This document shows positions 56,897-64,000 of a stretch of DNA of 64,000 nt, in pieces. The notes beneath the pieces were generated by a model that saw only the letters and a program-made list of their open reading frames with translations, was not told the origin of the DNA and searched no databases. The position numbers and the translations under genes are program-made. Positions within the stretch are counted from its first letter, which is position 1; each line of letters opens with the position of its first letter. Source of the stretch: Candidatus Altiarchaeales archaeon (GTDB lineage: Archaea > Altiarchaeota > Altiarchaeia > IMC4 > SCGC-AAA252-I15); contig WJMO01000006.1 of assembly GCA_014727915.1 (NCBI GenBank), forward strand, positions 472,762 through 536,761, written 5' to 3'.

Positions 56897-58399
56897 TTAA
56901 TCCTCTTTTTTCGGCTTTCCGCTCTTGTTGTAGAGCGGGGCTAGCAGCATCAGTATGGGGAATATCTCCAGTCTACCGATCCACATGAGAAGGGCTATGA
57001 CGACCTTGCCGAAGTCGTGCATGTCATACCATCTGCTACCCTGGATATAGACTATGCCCACGTTTCCCATGGCGCTCAGACTGGTAGATATGCTCTCATA
57101 TCCCGTGTAACCCAAGGCCATTATCAATATCGCCCCCACTATTGCAACTACCAGGTAGACCATCGACAGCCCCAGGACGTATAGGAGCTCCGTCTGGGAT
57201 ACTGTTTTCCCTCCCATCCTGAGCGATACGATGGCGTGCCGTGGCAGGAGCATCCTCTTGACCGTGAAAATCACCGCCTTTATTATCACCGCGAACCTAA
57301 GGAGCTTTATCCCTCCCGCAGTGGACCCGTAGAAACCTCCTATGTACATCAGTATCATTATCAGGGTCTGGGGCAGCTCAGGCCAGTCGCCAACGTTAGA
57401 TGTTCCGAATCCGGTGCAGGATATTGCCGATACAGTCTGGAAAACGCTCTTCCGAAGGACATCCGACGGCGATAGGGTGTCGACTCCGACGGTGTCCGTC
57501 CCTATGAGGCTCCAGAAGCATATGAACGCAACTATCACTACTAGGATGAGCATGTACTTGGCCTCCACGTTCCTGAAGAAGGCTTTAACATCCCCGTTGA
57601 ATATCTTATAGTGGACTAGGAAGCTTATGGCTCCCGCCAGCATGAGGAACATTATCACCACTTCTATGAAGACGCTGTCGTAGTATCCGATGCTGTCCGT
57701 GTGGGTTGAGAATCCTCCGGTCGCTATGGCCGCGAACGCATGGTTGACGGCGTCGAAGGGCGTCATACCGAAAATGTAGAGCAGTACTATCCCTGCCAGT
57801 GTGTAAAGCAGGTATATCTTCCACGTCTCCAAAACGGTGCTCTTTATCCCTGGCTTTATCTTCTGACCGCCTACTTCGCTGCTGTAGTAGTCCATGGCGA
57901 CGTTCCCCGACTGTATCAGGACTATAAGGCCCAGGGCGATTATGCCGACGCCGCCTATCTCATGGGTCCAGCTCCTGTAGAATATTATGTCACGGTCTAT
58001 GACCTCGGGGTGCTCAATCATGGTCATCCCGGTGGTTGCCCATCCGCTCATCGATTCGAAGAAGCTGTCAACCGGGTCGAGAACGCCCCTTATCATGAAC
58101 GGCAGCGCCCCAACCAACGCTATTATCATCCAAACCAGCACGACTGTCAGCATCGCATGTTTGGTCCTGGTGTCCTGTTTCGTCTTGACATAAGCTCTTA
58201 TGGCCTTGTGCATCAGGTACAGTATTATGCTGGGTATGATGAACGCGGACGCATCCTCCAGTATCCCGAATGGATCGGCTGATGGGGTGTATATGAGGGT
58301 GGCTATCACCGGCACCAGCATCACGATCGCCAGAACCTGGAGTATCCCTGAAAGGTCCTTCAAGGCTACTTTTATGTCTTCCCAGTCGAGGTATATCAT
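56897..58399 (-). CDS. trkH: TrkH/KtrB-family K+ transporter membrane subunit
   Basis: 500 aa with repeated M-P-M pore segments (GGFSTH, CTGFGTSNVGD motifs). Confidence 0.8.
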   Translation of the reverse strand: MIYLDWEDIKVALKDLSGILQVLAIVMLVPVIATLIYTPSADPFGILEDASAFIIPSIILYLMHKAIRAYVKTKQDTRTKHAMLTVVLVWMIIALVGALPFMIRGVLDPVDSFFESMSGWATTGMTMIEHPEVIDRDIIFYRSWTHEIGGVGIIALGLIVLIQSGNVAMDYYSSEVGGQKIKPGIKSTVLETWKIYLLYTLAGIVLLYIFGMTPFDAVNHAFAAIATGGFSTHTDSIGYYDSVFIEVVIMFLMLAGAISFLVHYKIFNGDVKAFFRNVEAKYMLILVVIVAFICFWSLIGTDTVGVDTLSPSDVLRKSVFQTVSAISCTGFGTSNVGDWPELPQTLIMILMYIGGFYGSTAGGIKLLRFAVIIKAVIFTVKRMLLPRHAIVSLRMGGKTVSQTELLYVLGLSMVYLVVAIVGAILIMALGYTGYESISTSLSAMGNVGIVYIQGSRWYDMHDFGKVVIALLMWIGRLEIFPILMLLAPLYNKSGKPKKED

Positions 58400-58430
58400 G
58401 TTAAAAACCGGCGTCCTAATCCCTTAGTTC

Positions 58431-58823
58431 CTACTCCCAAACTAGCTTCTTGGCTATGTCCATCGCGGCCCTCTGCTCCGGGGACACTATGTTCTCGATG
58501 CCCAGCTCGTTGAATATGGGTATGTACTCTGGCTCGTGGACCCGCGCAACCGCCTGTTTGCCTCGCTTAATCGCCAGCAGGCTTATGAACAGGTTCACGT
58601 CGTCGTTGTTCGTGACTGCCATAACCGCGTCCGCGCTGTCGAAGTTCGCCTTCTTCAGTATGTAAAGCTTGCTCGCGTCGCCGTTCACGACGTTGATGTT
58701 GAGCTCTCCCATTATCCTGTCGCATTTGTCCTGGTTCTTCTCTATAAGTGTGATCTCATGCTCTGGCAGCGCAGCTGCGATGCACCTTCCCATCGTGCCT
58801 CCTCCAACGATCAAAATATGCAT
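58431..58823 (-). CDS. trkA: TrkA-N (KTN/RCK) NAD-binding regulatory subunit, short form
   Basis: MHILIVGGGTMGRCIA Rossmann motif. 130 aa. Confidence 0.7.
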   Translation of the reverse strand: MHILIVGGGTMGRCIAAALPEHEITLIEKNQDKCDRIMGELNINVVNGDASKLYILKKANFDSADAVMAVTNNDDVNLFISLLAIKRGKQAVARVHEPEYIPIFNELGIENIVSPEQRAAMDIAKKLVWE

Positions 58824-58897
58824 TTATACCCCTCCATCGTTTATTTTAAGAATTAACAATCGGTCTTAAAATAGGCCTGGGTGAATAGATATAGGCA

Positions 58898-59692
58898 ATG
58901 CCGTCTGTGGAATTCGACATGGGTGACCTCTCCCACCTCATGGGTTGCCCATACGACTTGGAAGAGCTCAGGGAGAGGATCCCCATGCTAGGAGTCGACA
59001 TGGAGAGATTGGACGAGGAGAAGATAGTGTTAGAGGTCTTCCCCAACCGCCCGGACCTTCTCAGCGTGGAAGGATTCGCCCGGGCCCTTAGGGGATTCTT
59101 GGGAGCAGAGCCGGGAATGCCGGAATATTCAGCAGTCGACTCGGATGTAACATTGTACGTCGACCCTTCAGTGGATGCCGTCCGCCCGGCAGTGTCCACT
59201 GGGCTGGTGTTGGGCGTCGACCTCGACGATTACACGGTAAAGTCTGTCATGGACATGCAGGAGAAGCTTCACCTAACCCACGGCCGGAACCGCTTGAAGG
59301 TCGCCATCGGAGTGCACGACCTGGACAAGGTGGAACCCCCGTTCACCTACAAGGCAGTCGACCCGGACTCTGTTTCCTTCGTGGCCCTGGACATGGACGA
59401 GGAGATGACCTTGTCGGAGATACTAGAGAAGCACCCGAAGGGCAGGGACTATGCGTGGACATTGGAGGGCAAGAGCAAATACCCCCTGTTCGTCGACAGC
59501 AGGGATAACGTCCTCTCATTCCCCCCCATAATAAACGGGGAGCTCACCCGCTTGACACCTAACACCCGCAACCTGTTCCTGGACTTGACAGGCAACGACC
59601 AGCATGCCGTGGACGTGGCCTGCAACATAATCTCAACATCATTGGCAGACCGCGGCGGGAAAATAGAGAGGGTGAGGGTGGAACGGGTCTAG
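58898..59692 (+). CDS. Stand-alone B3/4-B5-like domain protein resembling the N-terminal part of archaeal PheRS beta subunit
   Basis: The N-terminus is collinear with the archaeal PheT N-terminal region (...EVFPNRPDLLSVEGFARALRGFLG). Only 264 aa, with no catalytic-like C-terminal half. Confidence 0.45.
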   Translation: MPSVEFDMGDLSHLMGCPYDLEELRERIPMLGVDMERLDEEKIVLEVFPNRPDLLSVEGFARALRGFLGAEPGMPEYSAVDSDVTLYVDPSVDAVRPAVSTGLVLGVDLDDYTVKSVMDMQEKLHLTHGRNRLKVAIGVHDLDKVEPPFTYKAVDPDSVSFVALDMDEEMTLSEILEKHPKGRDYAWTLEGKSKYPLFVDSRDNVLSFPPIINGELTRLTPNTRNLFLDLTGNDQHAVDVACNIISTSLADRGGKIERVRVERV

Positions 59693-60189
59693 CAGTTCTT
59701 CTCCACCATATCCCCCACATAGGGGTATCTGAAGTCCTCCCCCTGGAATGTCTTGTATGCTCCGTATAGCCCGTACACTACAGCCGCGAAGTAAACTACC
59801 AGTATCACTGGTATTATTATCAACCCGATCAGCACGAACGACAGTATAACGGCGATGAACCAGAGCACCACAAACGCGATGTTGACTAGGGCCTGATATA
59901 CGAGCGCCTGCATCGACTGGAATCTGATGTACCTGCTCCTGTCCTTGTAGACCAGCCATATGATGAACGGCGCTATCACGGGAAGGACTATCACTAGCCC
60001 GTGTGCTAGGGCCGCTATTATGTTATCATCCTTTGAATCTTTAGTCTTGGGGGTTTCAACATTCACAGCCCCCATCTCATCGTTTACAGGAGCCTCAACA
60101 TTCGTTACCTCCTTCCCGTCTGTTTTAGTATTTCTGTCCTCCTCTTTCATATCCTGTTTCTCGGTTTCTGCGTCACCCATATTTACCAC
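59689..60189 (-). CDS. Small membrane protein (DUF4870-like) with an acidic N-terminal tail
   Basis: Two TM helices around LVYKDRSRYIRFQSMQALVYQAL. Acidic and Lys-rich N-terminus. Confidence 0.35.
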   Translation of the reverse strand: MVNMGDAETEKQDMKEEDRNTKTDGKEVTNVEAPVNDEMGAVNVETPKTKDSKDDNIIAALAHGLVIVLPVIAPFIIWLVYKDRSRYIRFQSMQALVYQALVNIAFVVLWFIAVILSFVLIGLIIIPVILVVYFAAVVYGLYGAYKTFQGEDFRYPYVGDMVEKNC

Positions 60190-60210
60190 CTCACTGGCCT
60201 AAATCTATAA

Positions 60211-60756
60211 TCAACGCCTGTTAATAAAACCCTTAAAACCCTTCAGTAACGGTTCCAAGGCGGGAATTATGTAGTATGGGATTATAGCGCCGAATATGAG
60301 GCCCGTACCCAGCCTCAACAGGTTGTTGCTCTCCCTCAGCCCTGTCAGCTGTGTTATGCCGTCCAACGCCAGCGGCGCCAGCGCAGCAAGCAATAGCCTA
60401 CTGTCTGGAACGCCCTCACGCCCACAAACTGGATAAAGCAGTGTGCCTGTGAACAACCCCGCGTAGATGCCGAAGCACCTGGCGCACACGGGCATCTTCT
60501 CACCGTATACGAAGAAACTCCGTTCCGGCAGCTGATGGCATGACTCCCCGAACATGACATGTATCAACTCTGAGATGTTCTCATGTCCCGTGATTGCCAG
60601 GTACGGAGCCGCGAAAATTAGCAATAGGACGAAAGCGCACGCGGTCAGGAAAAGAAAGTAGAAAGCTCTCATAATAAAAAAAATTTTGGGAGGGGAAGGC
60701 TCACTTCTTCCCCATGGCGGCCGCGTATACTGCCCCGCCCACGGCGCCGAAGACAA
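60211..60756 (-). CDS. DUF2085-like membrane protein with a CxxC pair
   Basis: CHQLPERSFFVYGEKMPVCARCFGIY between TM helices. Confidence 0.4.
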   Translation of the reverse strand: MSSAPWAGQYTRPPWGRSEPSPPKIFFIMRAFYFLFLTACAFVLLLIFAAPYLAITGHENISELIHVMFGESCHQLPERSFFVYGEKMPVCARCFGIYAGLFTGTLLYPVCGREGVPDSRLLLAALAPLALDGITQLTGLRESNNLLRLGTGLIFGAIIPYYIIPALEPLLKGFKGFINRR

Positions 60757-61159
60757 CGCCTATGAACAGGTTCAGGAAGAATCCTATTATCGCCCCTATT
60801 ATCCCGCCTGCCACTCCGATCCCGAGCGATGCCATCGCATTGCCTGCCCCGCTTCCCTGGGCCATTGCCATCCCGGTCCCTAACATGTTGAAGGCCATCG
60901 TGGTCAGGAAGTTCATCACAGTGTACACGATGCTGTATCCAACCCCGAATATTGCTCCCACTACTGCGCCTTCTGCCGGCTCAACGCTCATGGCTTTCCT
61001 GCCGTAGATGTAGGCTGCGAGGAATCCTCCGCATGCAGTCCAAAGGCAACATAGTATGTTGCAGAATCCGAGTATGGGTATTGCACCCACGACACCCATG
61101 ATAAAACCCACTGCAACGCCAACCCCAAGTCCGGGAACGATCATGTTCTTTACTTCCAT
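60701..61159 (-). CDS. Gly/Ala-rich small membrane protein (paralog A)
   Basis: 152 aa, four TM helices with GxxxG-type packing motifs. Paralogous to 61220-61714. Confidence 0.35.
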   Translation of the reverse strand: MEVKNMIVPGLGVGVAVGFIMGVVGAIPILGFCNILCCLWTACGGFLAAYIYGRKAMSVEPAEGAVVGAIFGVGYSIVYTVMNFLTTMAFNMLGTGMAMAQGSGAGNAMASLGIGVAGGIIGAIIGFFLNLFIGVVFGAVGGAVYAAAMGKK

Positions 61160-61219
61160 AAAAACACACCTCTACTTGCTATCTATTCAACTCCCTGTTA
61201 TAAATAATGAAAACAACCC

Positions 61220-61714
61220 TCATCTGCCGAGTTTGGGGGCTTTGGCTTCAACAGGTTTGGCCGTTTTCTGGAAGCTGGTCGCCGCGTACACGACCGAACC
61301 GGAAGCCCCCAGGACTATCCCCAAGAAGACCCGGATTATCGCTTTAAGGGCGGAGCCCGCCAAACCGAAGCTCCCCGACCCTATATGGCTCAGGTTCAGC
61401 GCGTCTAGGATCAAACCCACAACCAACAGGGAGGAGTTGGAAACGACTCCATACGTCAGCCCGAAGACGACACCTACTGCCGCGCAGTCAACGTACTCGA
61501 CGGCCCTTCCCCGCCCGTAGACGTAGGCTGCGAGGAATCCCCCGAAAAATATCCAAAGGCAGCAGACGTTGCAAAGCCTTATAACAGGGACTGCCGCTAT
61601 GACCCCCACCGCCAAACCGACCAAAAAGCCCGAAAATACGATGTTCTTAGCTTCCATGTCAAAAGGTATGCTAGCTATTGACCCACTCCCGTTAAATATC
61701 GCGGTCGAGGGCAT
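61220..61714 (-). CDS. Gly/Ala-rich small membrane protein (paralog B)
   Basis: 164 aa. Shared motifs with paralog A: AIPILGFCNILCCLW / AVPVIRLCNVCCLWIFFGGFLAAY(I/V)YGR. Confidence 0.35.
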   Translation of the reverse strand: MPSTAIFNGSGSIASIPFDMEAKNIVFSGFLVGLAVGVIAAVPVIRLCNVCCLWIFFGGFLAAYVYGRGRAVEYVDCAAVGVVFGLTYGVVSNSSLLVVGLILDALNLSHIGSGSFGLAGSALKAIIRVFLGIVLGASGSVVYAATSFQKTAKPVEAKAPKLGR

Positions 61715-61749
61715 TTAACTGATTAACGCAAATTGTTAAATGGTTTTAG

Positions 61750-64000
61750 ATGAGGATAAACAGGATAGAGACCAAGGCCTACCTGATATCTAGGGAGGGC
61801 GAGGACGCGGCGTTGGCCAGGTTCAAAGCCAGGGCAAGAGAGCTTGAGAGGCAGCACGGCTCGAAGGTGAAGATCAATGTCGAGCACAAGTACGCACCCC
61901 TGGTCATACTATACGCCATCAAGAGGGACATGGACGGGAAGGGCACCCTCGTCCACGGCATGGAGAACCACTTTCACATAGGCTTGAAGGACGCGTGCAT
62001 ATACGTATTCGGCAGCAAGGGTGTCGGGGACATGGCTAAGTCGACGTTCGTAAAGCCGCATGAGGCGGAGATCGAGCGAATAGACCTTCTTTTGGACGTT
62101 GCCACGCTATCCCCTCTCGCGCTACAGACCCTGGGCTACCTCGTGGACCATGGCACCGTCAACTTCCTGCAGTTGGACGTTCCGAAGCAGAACGGCGCCA
62201 AGGAGCTTCAGGGCAGGAAATGGGCGGACATCTACAGGCCAGAGGACAGGGAATCCGACTTCAAGTCGGTTCTCAAGGACATCTTCGAAATGCAACGGGT
62301 CACCCCGCTCTATAAGGTGAAGGCGACCCTGCCCACTCCCCGTTTCGTGAAGAGCAGCTACGACCTATCCGCCCGGCTTCAGATGTCGGACGTGGTCGAG
62401 GACGAGGTCGAGCTGGAGAAGATCGCCCACGCCCCCGAGAAGCTCATGTACATCCTGGGCACCATGTTCAACTGCAGCCTGGGTGTCGAGCGTATAGTCT
62501 ACCTCCCATACATCGAATGCTTCTACCAGTGGGAGGGCAAGCAGACCTCCGAGATACGCTACATACCCTGTTTGACGGGCATGCAACCCAAGAAGTACGT
62601 CGCGCCCAAGAAGCTTAAGACCGTGATGTTGGGCACGAAAGGCCATGGGCTCAACGCCATCCCCATCGAGGACGTTGTGATAAACTTCTCGAATGTCGCG
62701 GGCATGGAGGAAGTCAAGGAGAAGATAAAGGAGGCCATCATCTACCCCATCGCCCACCCAGAGCTTTCCAAGGACTTCGGCACCAAAGGAGGGGGCGGAG
62801 TCCTCTTCTACGGCCCCCCGGGCTGCGGTAAAACGTACATCATGCGGGCAACTGTTGGGGAGGCGGGTGTTAACTTCTTCAGCGCCAGCGTCCAGGACAT
62901 CATAGGAGACGACCCCGAGGCGGGAGCCAAGAAGCTCGACGATTCCTTCAACGAGGCCCGGGCCGGCTCCCCGGCCATACTGTTCTTCGACGAGATAGAC
63001 GCTTTGGCGGGCAGCCGCAAGTCTTCCAAGACGGGCGCGGACAGGCGGCTGGTCAACCAGTTCCTCACAAACATGGAGGGCGTCGGCACCACCAACGAGA
63101 ACGTCCTGATAGTGGGCTCCACCAACGCCCCCTGGGACATGGACCCCGCCCTCCGTAGGGCTGGCAGGTTCACCACCCAGATATTCATACCCCCGCCCGA
63201 CGCGGAGGCGAGGATGGTGCTGTTCAAGATACACACCAAGGGCAGGCCGTTGGATGATAGCGTGGACTTTGAGCGCCTGGTGGAGCTCACGGAGAACTAC
63301 TCATCCTCTGACATAACCGCGATCTGCGATGAGGCCGCGAAGATACCGTGGAGCGAGTCGGTGCACGGAGCCGAGAAGCGGGCCATTTCGATGATGGACT
63401 TCATGAGCATATTGAACTCGCGGGAGTCCACGCTGGTGCCATGGCTTAGGCTCGCCGAGAAGCAGATGCGGGAGAGCGGAGAGTCCGAGCTCTTCCCCGA
63501 GCTCTCAGACTACGTGTTCAAGAGGGCAGGGGGCATAGAGATGGTACAGTCCCCCGACCTGAAGTTCGAGAACGTGGGGGGATTGACTGAAGTTAAGGAG
63601 GAGATCAAGAACAAGATCGTCTACCCGTTGAAGCACCCCGAGCTCTCCAACGAGTACGGCCGCACCCTCGGAGGCGGGCTCATGCTATACGGCCCCCCGG
63701 GCTGCGGCAAGACGTACATCGCCCGCGCCACCGCCGGCGAGTGCGAGGCCTCGTTCTTCAACGTCAAGATGACCGACCTGCTCTCCCCCGAGGAGGGCGT
63801 GACTGAGAAGAGGCTGCACAGCATATTCGAGCGGGCGTCCCGGAACGTGCCGGCCGTCATATTCTTCGACGAGGTTGATGCGGTTGCTGGTCAGCGCAGT
63901 TCTAGTCAGGGTGGTGCGGAGCGTCGTTTGATCAACCAGTTCCTGACGGAGATGGATGGTTTCGAGCGGCGTGAAGGCGTTGTTGTGCTTGCTGCGACGA
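61750..64000 (+). CDS. CDC48/VCP-like double AAA+ ATPase with a non-canonical roughly 330-aa N-terminal region (3'-truncated by the window edge)
   Basis: Hand translation from the ATG at 61750 (in-frame TAG just upstream) runs open to the window end. D1 has GPPGCGKTY...ILFFDEIDAL, D2 has LYGPPGCGKTY...VIFFDEVDAV. Absent from the supplied ORF track, presumably because it has no stop. Confidence 0.8.
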   Translation, partial: MRINRIETKAYLISREGEDAALARFKARARELERQHGSKVKINVEHKYAPLVILYAIKRDMDGKGTLVHGMENHFHIGLKDACIYVFGSKGVGDMAKSTFVKPHEAEIERIDLLLDVATLSPLALQTLGYLVDHGTVNFLQLDVPKQNGAKELQGRKWADIYRPEDRESDFKSVLKDIFEMQRVTPLYKVKATLPTPRFVKSSYDLSARLQMSDVVEDEVELEKIAHAPEKLMYILGTMFNCSLGVERIVYLPYIECFYQWEGKQTSEIRYIPCLTGMQPKKYVAPKKLKTVMLGTKGHGLNAIPIEDVVINFSNVAGMEEVKEKIKEAIIYPIAHPELSKDFGTKGGGGVLFYGPPGCGKTYIMRATVGEAGVNFFSASVQDIIGDDPEAGAKKLDDSFNEARAGSPAILFFDEIDALAGSRKSSKTGADRRLVNQFLTNMEGVGTTNENVLIVGSTNAPWDMDPALRRAGRFTTQIFIPPPDAEARMVLFKIHTKGRPLDDSVDFERLVELTENYSSSDITAICDEAAKIPWSESVHGAEKRAISMMDFMSILNSRESTLVPWLRLAEKQMRESGESELFPELSDYVFKRAGGIEMVQSPDLKFENVGGLTEVKEEIKNKIVYPLKHPELSNEYGRTLGGGLMLYGPPGCGKTYIARATAGECEASFFNVKMTDLLSPEEGVTEKRLHSIFERASRNVPAVIFFDEVDAVAGQRSSSQGGAERRLINQFLTEMDGFERREGVVVLAAT

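Noticed and set aside
62365-63290. 289- and 160-aa minus-strand ORFs antisense to the CDC48-like gene
   Set aside because: They overlap two canonical AAA modules on the plus strand. Gly/Val/Leu/Asp-rich off-frame composition.
1-64000. CRISPR arrays, rRNA genes, IS elements with terminal inverted repeats, integrase or transposase genes
   Set aside because: None seen on scanning. No regularly spaced direct repeats apart from the 73-bp duplication and the low-complexity tract. No DDE or tyrosine-recombinase motifs recognised.

Overview
This 64-kb window looks like an archaeal chromosomal segment, roughly 55-58% GC with a 2.9-kb low-GC island at a tRNA. The archaeal call rests on TiaS, an archaeal-type DnaG, GatD, deoxyhypusine synthase, a canonical 37/38 tRNA intron and a CDC48-like AAA ATPase. 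Gene density is high and nearly all large ORFs are explained. Main content, in order: (1) two processive family-2 glycosyltransferases flanking a membrane thioredoxin-like protein, with a possible GT-C membrane protein upstream of them; (2) a complete folate-dependent one-carbon/purine module (purN, folC-fhs, purH-folD-glyA) with ATGA-coupled starts, interrupted by a divergent PFK-A family protein; (3) an intron-containing tRNA-Arg(TCT) preceded by a partial 5' copy of itself and followed by a low-GC island that encodes a Cys-rich secreted protein and a Fic protein and ends in copies of the tRNA 3' end; (4) a GT-C/TPR/Cys-tail fusion protein and several lipobox-bearing Cys-rich secreted proteins sharing a recurring CxxDxDC module; (5) two PurP paralogs bracketing unknown genes, with a 73-bp duplication of the PurP-2 3' end; (6) DnaG, a protease-less Lon-like ATPase translationally coupled to a B12-binding radical SAM protein, NadX, a K+ channel and deoxyhypusine synthase; (7) NrdJ with an adjacent cob(I)alamin adenosyltransferase, then a 420-bp G-free low-complexity tract between convergent genes; (8) NifS, ferredoxin, a frameshifted remnant, stomatin, NadC, a missed Zn-ribbon gene in front of tsaC, a macro-domain protein, GatD, a missed RHH gene, an AAA+/wH ATPase with a palindromic operator array, and TiaS; (9) NrdD overlapped by an NreA-like protein, TrkAH, a stand-alone PheT-like fragment, a cluster of small membrane paralogs, and a CDC48-like ATPase with a non-canonical N-domain that runs off the window end and is absent from the ORF track. 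No CRISPR array or rRNA was seen. All calls rest on motif recognition by eye; no searches were run.
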